A stretch of DNA of 63,984 nucleotides, the filler included, from Candidatus Babelota bacterium (lineage in GTDB: Bacteria; JAGOBX01): NCBI GenBank assembly GCA_017999075.1. It is 10 parts of 10 records of this genome, joined end to end, with 100 filler letters (N's around TTAATTAATTAA, not from the genome) between each part and the next. Parts side by side here need not be neighbours in the genome. Positions count along the whole stretch, not along the records: positions 6,769 to 13,434 come from JAGOBX010000199.1; positions 13,535 to 20,130 come from JAGOBX010000200.1; 8 more parts are not named here. One strand, given 5' to 3'. Positions 10,600 through 19,748 of the stretch are shown in pieces; position 1 is the stretch's first letter, and each line of letters starts with the position of its first letter. The translations under genes were made by a program, and so were the position numbers. The notes under the pieces were generated by a model that saw only the letters and a program-made list of their open reading frames with translations, searched no databases and had not been told where the DNA came from.

Positions 10600-12822
10600 A
10601 TGGAAAAAATATATTCAGTAGAACAGTTGCCGCTTCAGCGGTTTGTGAATATACTTGATAAAAATAAGTATATAATAATTTTCATAACTGCGGCAATAAC
10701 TTTATTGCTGTTTTTTTTTATGCCGCAGCCGCAGCTTGAATATGAAGCTGTTTCTAAGATATTAGTGAAGCAAAAAAGCGTTTCTGTTACCACTATGTTT
10801 GCGGAAGAACAATCAAATCTTCTTCCTTTAATGAAAAACCAGAATGCTATAAAAACTTATATAGAACTCATAAAATCTATAGAAGTTTCAAGATCTGTAG
10901 CCAAAAAACTGCTTGCTGATGAAATTGAAAATTCAGTGGCAACCGGAGTTTTATCAAATGAAATTCAGGGGAAATCATATAATGACTTATCGTTTTATCT
11001 TCTTGAACGTATAGACGCTGACTATGCAGAAGATGCAAATGTCATAAGGATTCATTCACGCACTGAAAATCCGGATTTTTCAAAAAAAATAGCCAATCTG
11101 ACAGCGACAGTATTTATTAATTTCAACCAGAATCTTGAACGTGGTGAAATCAGAAGCGCGTTAAATTATATAGTAGAACAAAAAGGATTAGCTAAAAAGA
11201 AACTTGATCAAACGGAATATGAACTTGAAGAATATTTAAGAATAGCGAATCCCAGAGTAATGAGCGACGGATTAAAAGAGATTATAAGCCGCTTGGCTCA
11301 ACTTGAATCAAGATATAATGAAATAGAAATAAATGAAACTTTAGCTAAAAACAATATAAAAGAATCAAAAAAACTTTTAAATTCAAAAAGCGCGTATAGC
11401 GATAAAAATAATATTCAGGATTTACTGCCGGAAAATATTAAAGAATTAACAGGGAAACTTGAAGATTTGAAATCCGAATATAATGAACTGTCAAATTATC
11501 AGAAAGAAACCCACCCTGAAATAAAAAAATTGAAAAGCAGGATAAAAATAATAGAAGAAAAAATATCTTCTGAAATTAAAAACATGTCTAAAACTGCCAA
11601 TAAGGATGATCAATTGTCTTTTTTATACAATAAAACCTCGCCATATTCGATTGGTGAAAATTATATGAAAAACATATTGGACTCCGAACAGAATCTGAAA
11701 AGTTTTGATAAAGAAAAAAAAGAAATTTTAAAACAAAAGGATATGATATCTGTACAGTTAAAAACATTGCCGCTTGATACTTTAAAACATACAAGGTTAG
11801 TAAAAAATGTGGAAACAGCAAATAATATTTATTTACGGCTTATGCAGAGAGAAGAAGAATTAAGACTTATGGAAGCGAAAGAACTCGGTGGGTTGATATT
11901 GTATGAGAAAGCAGAAGAAGCTTTTATAACCAATCCTCCAAAACCAAGGTCCACCTCGCTTATACTTGATTTTATACTTGGATTAATTATAAGTATAAGC
12001 GTTGTTTTAATAAAAGAATATCTTGATACGACATTTAAAAATCCGAATGATGTATTTTCTATACTTAAATTGAAAATACTCGGTATTGTTCCTGAAATAA
12101 TTCCAGATAAAGATTCAAATTATATTGACGGATTAACAAATTTTGCGCCGTATTTAATAACTCATTTTGCACCAAAATCCCCTTCAGCAGAAGCTTTTCG
12201 TGCGCTCAGGATAGTTTTGGAAACCAATGTTGAATTATATAATTCTCCGAAACAAGGCAAAACTCTTCTTATATCGAGCCCGACTCCAGGTGAAGGAAAA
12301 AGTATCTGCGCTTCTAATATTGCTCTTTCGTTTGCAAATATAAATAAAAAAGTTATAATAGTTGACACTGATACGAGAAAACCTTCATTGAATAAATTAT
12401 TTAATATTCATCCGAATTCCGGATTAACTGATGTTGTATTCAAAAACTGTAAAGTGGAAAATGCTATAGTCAGACAGGTCGTTCCGAACCTTGATATACT
12501 TTTTTCAGGAGAACGGGCTGGAACTGAAATTGAATTTACAAGTTCAAAAAAATTCATTGAACTTATGAATATATTAAAACAGACGTATGAACTGATAATA
12601 TTTGATTCTCCGGCAATGCTTGTAGTGTCAGATCCTGTTATGCTTTCAACTATGATGGATAGTGTTGTTATGGTAGTACGTCATAATTACACCAAGTATG
12701 ATGCTGCGCTTCAAGCTTTGAGATATTTTGAAAATGTAAATGCAAAACTTTACGGCGTGATTTATAATGGAGTAGTTTCAGAAAAAAAATATTATTATAA
12801 GTATTATGAAAAGCAATCTTGA
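10600..12822 (+). CDS. wzc: Polysaccharide co-polymerase / BY-kinase
   Basis: Two TM helices around a coiled coil; AEAFRALR, Walker A SPTPGEGKS, DTDTRKP, IIFDSPA; C-terminal Tyr cluster KKYYYKYYEK. Confidence 0.92.
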   Translation: MEKIYSVEQLPLQRFVNILDKNKYIIIFITAAITLLLFFFMPQPQLEYEAVSKILVKQKSVSVTTMFAEEQSNLLPLMKNQNAIKTYIELIKSIEVSRSVAKKLLADEIENSVATGVLSNEIQGKSYNDLSFYLLERIDADYAEDANVIRIHSRTENPDFSKKIANLTATVFINFNQNLERGEIRSALNYIVEQKGLAKKKLDQTEYELEEYLRIANPRVMSDGLKEIISRLAQLESRYNEIEINETLAKNNIKESKKLLNSKSAYSDKNNIQDLLPENIKELTGKLEDLKSEYNELSNYQKETHPEIKKLKSRIKIIEEKISSEIKNMSKTANKDDQLSFLYNKTSPYSIGENYMKNILDSEQNLKSFDKEKKEILKQKDMISVQLKTLPLDTLKHTRLVKNVETANNIYLRLMQREEELRLMEAKELGGLILYEKAEEAFITNPPKPRSTSLILDFILGLIISISVVLIKEYLDTTFKNPNDVFSILKLKILGIVPEIIPDKDSNYIDGLTNFAPYLITHFAPKSPSAEAFRALRIVLETNVELYNSPKQGKTLLISSPTPGEGKSICASNIALSFANINKKVIIVDTDTRKPSLNKLFNIHPNSGLTDVVFKNCKVENAIVRQVVPNLDILFSGERAGTEIEFTSSKKFIELMNILKQTYELIIFDSPAMLVVSDPVMLSTMMDSVVMVVRHNYTKYDAALQALRYFENVNAKLYGVIYNGVVSEKKYYYKYYEKQS

Positions 12823-12926
12823 TCCTGATATATGTGTCATTTCTTAAAGTCCGGTTATGTTTGAAAAATCAAAACGATCTGTTGTAAACATTTTTATTTA
12901 AGTTTAATTAAGGAGTCAAAAACCTC

Positions 12927-13434
12927 TTGTATAAAATTAATTTTGACAAGGTAATAAACAGAAAAAATACAAATTGTTCCAAATGGGATAATGCAAAAAA
13001 AAGATTGAATGCAGATATTGATTTGCCGTTATGGGTTGCAGATATGGATTTTCAGTCTCCGCCTGAAGTTATAAAAACGTTATGTAAATACGCGGCTCAT
13101 GGAATATACGGTTATACGTATATCCCTGATGAATATTATAAAACGATAATAGAATGGAATCGGAAAAAACATTTCTGGGATATTCCTCAGGAACATATAC
13201 TTTTTTCTCCGGGAGTTGTTATTTCTTTAAAAACATTGGTGCAGGCGTTCACAAAACCCGGGGACAACATAATAATTCAATCTCCGATATATCCTCCGTT
13301 TTACAGTTCTATTAGCAGTAATGAAAGGCGGATTCTTGTCAATCCTCTGATTATCAGAGACGGCAGATATCATATAGATTTTAATGATTTTGAAAAAAAA
13401 ATAAAAGATAAGAAAACAACAATGTTTTTATTAT
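12927..13434 (+). CDS. MalY/PatB family PLP-dependent cystathionine beta-lyase, truncated
   Basis: RKNTNCSKWD, LPLWVADMDF, HGIYGY and PIYPPF motifs; TTG start after AAGGAG. Confidence 0.9.
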
Positions 13435-14296
13435 NNNNNNNNNNNNNNNNNNNNNNNNNNNNNNNNNNNNNNNNNNNNTTAATTAATTAANNNNNNNNNN
13501 NNNNNNNNNNNNNNNNNNNNNNNNNNNNNNNNNNAAACGATGTTGCGGGATAGCAGAAAAGTAGTATCTTTCCGCAACTGCGTTTTACGCCAAGATGAAC
13601 GAAGCCGCGTCTGAACCCTAATATATTATTAGTGGAATTTGAATCGTTTCTGATAAAGTGAGATAAAAAAAATCTGAAGATAAAATCACAAATTTATAGA
13701 CTGGATAGCAGAAAATCAGATAAATTATTCTTGAGAAAGATTATAATATAATTGCACAGAGGAATTGCCGTAAGAAAACAAACTGTTATCAGTTGGCGCG
13801 ATAATAGACAAATTTAAATAATATAACTCAATATTCATTTTTTTATGGCTCTCTTTTCTGTGTGCGTTTTTTTGTTTGTCTGTTCTTGATAATTTTGTGG
13901 TAGCCGGTAACGGTAAGGCAGATAAATTTTCCTATTTTGCAATGCTCGCGTTTTTTGAACTCAAGATTTTCTTTGAACTTTGACTTTATCATTGCAGACA
14001 ATTAAACTGCACAGGTTCAATATTAGAAACAAATTATTATTATCTCACGACAATAATTCTTGTTTTTTTTAATGTAAATCTTAAAAAAATCTTGAAAATT
14101 TGTAATTTAATCCTAAAATTTTAAAATATTTTCATCAAAATTCTACGATTTTGGAAAAAATTTTCTACAAGTTTTTGTAAGAAAAAACAGCATAATATTT
14201 TAAAGATTTTCCCGCATTTCTTATTTTTCTTTTTTAGCGGTCGAATTTCATAAGAAATACAGGAAAATAAAGAAAAAAATACGGGGTTTTAAAAAA

Positions 14297-14331
14297 TACT
14301 TGTATAAATCGAATACAAGTAAAATACAAGT
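14297..14331. promoter_or_regulatory. Operator-like inverted plus direct repeat
   Basis: TACTTGTAT (14297-14305) N7 ATACAAGTA (14313-14321) is a perfect 9-bp inverted repeat; AATACAAGT recurs at 14323-14331. Confidence 0.4.
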
Positions 14332-14530
14332 TTTTTTATGTGGACAAATTATAATTTTTATGTTAATAATTATAATGTTTGATAAATATTTTTTGTAATA
14401 AGTTATATTACTGATTACTGATTTTATTCAAACAAAATAATATAATCTGATAAAAACACATATTCTATAAAAACATATCTTTTTATGAATATGCGGAAAA
14501 ATTAATTTCAGATTATTTATAGAACATTTT

Positions 14531-14735
14531 GCCTTGAACAGAAAACTGGCACTTTTCAATAAGAGAGGCAAAGCGAGTGCGTTCCGAATCCTAATTCGGG
14601 GCGTAGATACTACGCTTCTCTTATAGGTTATGCCAGTACCTTTGTTCAGGGCGTAGAGTTTACGCCCTTTTTTAATCCTCAAACAAACGGCGTATACTCA
14701 CATAAAAAAGATTTTTGAAAAGGTGAGTGAGTATA
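14531..14735 (+). ncRNA. Putative structured cis-regulatory leader RNA (unrecognised family)
   Basis: Nested stems 14531-14542/14641-14652, 14545-14551/14631-14637 and 14559-14569/14614-14624; inner hairpins 14584-14599 and 14601-14615; overlapping terminator; hairpin over the RBS region 14693-14701/14727-14735. Visibly GC-richer than flanks. Confidence 0.6.
14648..14673 (+). terminator. Intrinsic terminator-like hairpin within leader
   Basis: AGGGCGTA-gagtt-TACGCCCT followed by a T run, about 70 nt upstream of ATG 14740. Confidence 0.65.
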
Positions 14736-14739
14736 TAAT

Positions 14740-17700
14740 ATGAAAAAATTATTTTTCACGGTTTGCATTATATTACTTTTCAGTTCAATAATATTTTCAA
14801 AATCCATTCCCAAAAAACTTAATTTTCAGGGCAGAATAACAGACATAAATAATATTCCATATAATGGGATGTATAACCTGACATTCAGAATTTATGATTC
14901 TATAGATGGAGCCAATATACTCTGGACTGAAACACAAAATAATATTCAAGTTATAAAAGGTTTATACAGTATTTTACTTGGTTCAGTGAATGAAATAAAT
15001 CTTTTGTTTGAAAAAGAATATTACTTAAGTGTTGAATTGAATAATTATGGAGAAATAACTCCGCGTATTCCTATTGTTCCTTCTGCTTATGCGTTTAGAG
15101 CCATATATTCTGATACGGCTGTAAACACCCTTACACTAAACGGTTATTCAAGCGACAGCTTTATAACCACAAATCAAATTACGAATCTGACGAATAACAA
15201 AGCGGACAGTAATCATCAGCATTCAATAAGCAATATAACAGACAGCATTCCGTTTTCAAGAATAACAGGCGCGCCAGCAGGTATTGACACATCGAATTTT
15301 GTTTTAACAACGAACATCGCGAACTACACAAATTTTATTGATACTAATTCAGCGGATAAAAGATATTTGTCAATCAATGCTGATACAATGAATGCAGACT
15401 GGAATAAAATAATTAATAAACCGAATATAATTACGGATTCATCAAGTTTTGCAACATTATCAATTTTAAATTCTCAATTATCAATTTTGTCTGATACTTA
15501 CCTGACTAAAACTTCTGTAATTTCGTCTGGCTCAGTGGTTGGTTTAACTGCGAATTTAACGAATTTAACAAATAACAAAGCAGACAGTAATCATCAGCAT
15601 TTAATAAGCAATATAACAGACAGCATTCCGTTTTCAAGAATAACAGGAGCGCCAGCAGGAATTGATACATCGAATTTTATTTTAACAACGAACATCGCGA
15701 GTTACACTAATTATATTGATACGAATTCAGCGGACAAAAGATATTTGTCAATCAATGCTGATACAATGAACGCAGACTGGAATAAAATAATTAATAAACC
15801 TAATATAATTACTGATTCATCAAGTTTTACAACATTATCAATTTTAAATTCTCAATTATCAATTTTGTCTGATACTTATCTGACTAAAACTTCGGTGATT
15901 TCGTCTGATTCGGTGGTTGGTTTAACTGCGAATTTAACGAATTTAACAAATAACAAAGCGGACAGTAATCATCAGCATTTAATAAGCAATATAACAGACA
16001 GCATTCCGTTTTCAAGAATAACAGGCGCGCCAGCAGGTATTGACACATCGAATTTTGTTTTAACAACGAACATCGCGAATTACACAAATTTTATTGATAC
16101 TAATTCAGCGGATAAAAGATATTTGTCAATCAATTCTGATACAATGAACGCTGACTAGAATAAAATAATTAATAAACCGAATATAATTACTGATTCATCA
16201 AGTTTTGCAACATTATCAATTTTAAATTCTCAATTATCAATTTTGTCTGATACTTATCTGACAAAAACTTCTGTAATTTCGTCTGACTCAGTGGTTGGTT
16301 TAACTGCGAATTTAACGAATTTAACAAATAACAAAGCGGACAGTAATCATCAGCATTTAATAAGCAATATAACAGACAGCATTCCGTTTTCAAGAATAAC
16401 AGGAGCGCCAGCAGGAATTGATACATCGAATTTTATTTTAACAACGAACATCACGAGTTACACTAATTATATTGATACGAATTCAGCGGATAAAAGATAT
16501 TTGTCAATCAATGCTGATACAATGAATGCAGACTGGAATAAAATAATTAATAAACCGAATATAATTACGGATTCATCAAGTTTTGCAACATTATCAATTT
16601 TAAATTNNNNNNNNNNNNNNNNNNNNNNNNNNNNNNNNNNNNNNNNNNNNNNNNNNNNNNNNNNNNNNNNNNNNNNNNNNNNNNNNNNNNNNNNNNNNNN
16701 NNNNNNTCAATGCTGATACAATGAATGCAGACTGGAATAAAATAATTAATAAACCGAATATAATTACGGATTCATCAAGTTTTGCAACATTATCAATTTT
16801 AAATTCTCAATTATCAATTTTGTCTGATACTTATCTGACTAAAACTTCGGTGATTTCGTCTGACTCAGTGGTTGGTTTAACTGCGAATTTAACGAATTTA
16901 ACAAATAACAAAGCGGACAGTATTCATCAGCATTTAATAAGCAATATAACAGACAGTATACCGTTTTCAAGGATAACAGGCGCGCCTGCAAGTATTGATA
17001 CAACAATAATCGAAAATAGAATTACGAATTTGGAAAGTGATTCAATTGCTAAAGCCAATCGAGCGCAGAATACAGAGAACAGAGTGCAGAGTTTGGAAAG
17101 TGATTCGAGTTTTAAAACGTTACAACTTTCAAATATTAACTCTCAACTTTCAACTTTATCAGACAGTCATATAAAAAATTATCAAAGCGATACAAAAACA
17201 GGCGATTTGACAGTTGGCGATACTGTGTTCGCGCAATTCTTTGTAGGCAACGGAAAAATGCTGACAGGCGTTTTAAAATTGACCGATGTTATTTCAGCAG
17301 ATTCAATCAGCGGAGGAACTATAACAGGGAATGTAACTATAAATACCAATAAGCCGATAACAACTACAGATACTATAACAGCAACAAATTTTGTGGGAGA
17401 CGGTAGCGGATTGAATAATATTTCTTCTTTGAAATTATTTGAACAAATTATAAACTTGCCATCAAGAACATGGAATCTTAATTCTTACACTTCAACAGAA
17501 GAATTAATTTCGCAAAATATCAATTTGGGAACATATCCTATAATTATTTTAAAAATTGAATTATCAGGGCAATTTAATATTGATGCAAATGGTTATGATG
17601 CATCATTGCTTCCATCATTTAATCCATATGCAGTTGCTCACATTGAAATTGACAGTATGACTTTAATTCATCAAAATAATTCATACGCCAATGTTTCATC

Positions 17701-17953
17701 ACTAATAATTGAAAAAGGAGATTTAGGAGGGGGAAGCAATAGAAAAGGAATTTATTCTTATAATTCAGCTTCAAATAATCCAACATCAGAAATTAAATCT
17801 TTTAGTTATCCAATGTTTTCTTCTATTATATTGTCTAATTCAATTTTTTATTTACGATACGCTTATTCTATAACAGGGGGTATAGGACACAACGTTAATA
17901 TGAGTATAAATGATGTTAAAGTTAAATTAACTTATATAAAAACGAATTATTAA
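14740..17953 (+). CDS. Secreted phage-tail-fibre-like repetitive adhesin; interrupted by in-frame TAG (16156-16158) and a scaffold gap
   Basis: Signal peptide; N-terminal LNFQGRITD...TFRIYD...LWTETQ...PR..I...AYAFRA domain typical of bacterial fibre proteins; 126-aa repeats with KADSNHQH and WNKIINKP; FVGNGKML/FVGDGSGL fibre motifs; unique C-terminal domain. Collapsing the 99-bp duplicated gap flank gives one in-frame ORF of 1005 codons. Confidence 0.75.
15181..16990 (+). repeat. Tandem 378-bp (126-codon) coding repeat, at least 4 full plus 1 partial copy
   Basis: Unit starts at 15181, 15559, 15937, 16315 and (after the gap) 16892; near-identical copies. Confidence 0.97.
16607..16706. other. 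Scaffold gap (100 N, no linker) inside the repeat array
   Basis: 16508-16606 is duplicated at 16707-16805 (99-bp overlap), typical of an unresolved repeat. True copy number is unknown. Confidence 0.9.
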
Positions 17954-17999
17954 ATAAAGTGTTTATAGGAAAAAGTTATAACTAATAATTGGAGGTTTT

Positions 18000-18743
18000 A
18001 TGAAAAAAAATTGTTGTTGTCATTCATTAAATACTTTTCAGCCAATGCCTGTAAATAATGAAATAGCGAGAAATGTTAATTTATCTTTGAGCGAAATTAA
18101 GGAAAAAATTCAAAATGAAAAAGGAATTGTTTATATTTATAAACTTAGCACAATTCGTTTTGAAAATAATCAGATGCAGCAAAAAGGTTCTGCCCCAAAT
18201 TTTCAAGGAGGACTAATAACACTCTGTACTTGTAAAAAATATTTACGAACATATTCTGAAATAAAAACTACTCCTCGTGTTTGGATAGCAGGTTTAACGA
18301 GTTCAACAAAAAATATAAAAAATCCATTTGGCAGCTTGTTTTATTTAATGAAAATAGGAGAGCGTTATGAATCTTTTTATGATATATGGTTAGCAAATAA
18401 TAAAACTGTTCAATCAGCCAAAAGTGCATGCAATAATGAATTGGGTGATTTTTATGAACCCAAAATAAAAAAAATAAAAGAACATTCTGAAGATAGGTTT
18501 AACTCTATAAATTATGAATTTCCAAATGAAAATCATTCACATATAATAAATGACGAAGATGAATGGCGCACAGATATTGAATGCGTTTATAATAACAAGA
18601 GACGGCCAGTATTATTAAGCGGGAATATAAATTTTAGTTTTTTATGGTCAGCGCCTAAAATTAAGTTTAATGAAGATATTTCCCGGGGTGGATTAAAATG
18701 TAGTAGCATAAATAATTTTTTTAAGAAATTAGAAGAAAATTAA
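18000..18743 (+). CDS. Nmad2-like (nucleotide modification associated domain 2) protein
   Basis: GSAPNFQGGLITLCTCKKYLR resembles the Nmad2 G.APNP..G.CTLATCKP.IR signature, followed by WIAG, LFYLMKI, GDFYEP, H...D and VLLS...F; GGAGG RBS. Confidence 0.7.
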   Translation: MKKNCCCHSLNTFQPMPVNNEIARNVNLSLSEIKEKIQNEKGIVYIYKLSTIRFENNQMQQKGSAPNFQGGLITLCTCKKYLRTYSEIKTTPRVWIAGLTSSTKNIKNPFGSLFYLMKIGERYESFYDIWLANNKTVQSAKSACNNELGDFYEPKIKKIKEHSEDRFNSINYEFPNENHSHIINDEDEWRTDIECVYNNKRRPVLLSGNINFSFLWSAPKIKFNEDISRGGLKCSSINNFFKKLEEN

Positions 18744-18797
18744 TGATTAATATTAAAAGAAAAATGTAAATTTTATAATTTTTAGGAGGGTTTTATT

Positions 18798-19748
18798 ATG
18801 GCTATGATTAAATGTAAAGAATGCGGTAAGGAGATTAGCGACAGTGTTTCAACCTGTCCAAATTGTGGAAAAAAATTAAAAACAAGCAAATTAAAATTAG
18901 GTTGTTTAACCCTTATTGGTCTTATAATTTTTATCGCTATTATAACATCTTTGCAGTCAGGTAGTGAAGAAAAAGAATTATTGGAAAAATTAAAAAATGC
19001 TCCAATTGAAGAAAATATTGATTATGTAAATATTTATAATCATTTTAAAATAATGTCTGACCATACAGATATTCAACGAGAAAACTTAATTAATGAATTA
19101 AATAATAAAAAAATCAAATGGATTGGCACCGTTTATGAAGTAACCAAACTTGAAAACGGATATATAATCCAAACTTCCGGCGATGACGATGAAAAAGAAG
19201 CAGGTTCATTTATCACGGTTGATGCCACAAAGAGTAAATATATTGAAACCTTAAAAACAGGAGATAGAATAAGAGCAATCGGAATATTTAGGGGAACTAC
19301 TGCAAGAAATATTAATTTAAATCCCGCATATTTATTAGAACCAAATGAAGGATTGCCAATAAGAATTAATGAAAAAGCAGAAAATAATCAAACACAAAAC
19401 AATGCTAATCAAAATAATGAGATTCCGCCATCTACAATTGCTGGAAAATATATTTTAAAAAGCGAAGAAGGTAGTGATATAAAAGGAGAAATGGAAATTT
19501 TAATTACTGCCGATAATAAAGTTTCATTTTCGATTGAAATTACTAATGATGTAGGGGTTGGAGAAATCGCAAAAGATGCGATTTTTATAGGAAATTCTGT
19601 TGTTTATGAAATGAAGAATGAAGATAATGGCGAAGTAGAAAAAGTTAAAATCTCATTTAATGATAATATTGCTAATGTAGAAACCGAAAATTGCAGAATT
19701 TATCATGGTTTTGGAATGAGTTTTAATGGGGAATATATAAAACAATAA
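18798..19748 (+). CDS. Zinc-ribbon, single-TM protein with extracytoplasmic OB-fold-like and beta-rich domains
   Basis: CKECGKEISDSVSTCPNCG zinc ribbon; TM helix; KKIKWIGTVYEV...LKTGDRIRAIG OB-fold-like segment; N/Q-rich linker; AGGAGG RBS. Confidence 0.75.
   Translation: MAMIKCKECGKEISDSVSTCPNCGKKLKTSKLKLGCLTLIGLIIFIAIITSLQSGSEEKELLEKLKNAPIEENIDYVNIYNHFKIMSDHTDIQRENLINELNNKKIKWIGTVYEVTKLENGYIIQTSGDDDEKEAGSFITVDATKSKYIETLKTGDRIRAIGIFRGTTARNINLNPAYLLEPNEGLPIRINEKAENNQTQNNANQNNEIPPSTIAGKYILKSEEGSDIKGEMEILITADNKVSFSIEITNDVGVGEIAKDAIFIGNSVVYEMKNEDNGEVEKVKISFNDNIANVETENCRIYHGFGMSFNGEYIKQ

Noticed and set aside
14135-14186. AATT(T)CTAC motifs resembling Cas12a repeats
   Set aside because: Only two short degenerate matches in very AT-rich DNA, with no repeat-spacer periodicity and no cas genes.
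14561-14640. c-di-GMP-I or cobalamin riboswitch call for the leader (GGCAAA present)
   Set aside because: Lacks the GNRA tetraloop/receptor arrangement of c-di-GMP-I and the B12-box and GGGAA motifs of cobalamin switches.
14428-14682. 84-aa minus-strand ORF over the structured leader
   Set aside because: No recognisable motif; the GC-rich paired sequence is better explained as RNA structure, although a small peptide cannot be excluded.
16508-16805. Apparent 99-bp direct repeat and frameshift across the N gap
   Set aside because: Assembler overlap flanking an arbitrary 100-N gap; collapsing it restores the reading frame.
15181-16990. 378-bp repeats as a CRISPR array or DGR template/variable repeat
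   Set aside because: Contiguous in-frame coding repeats with no spacers. Differences are not adenine-specific, and no cas or reverse transcriptase gene is present.
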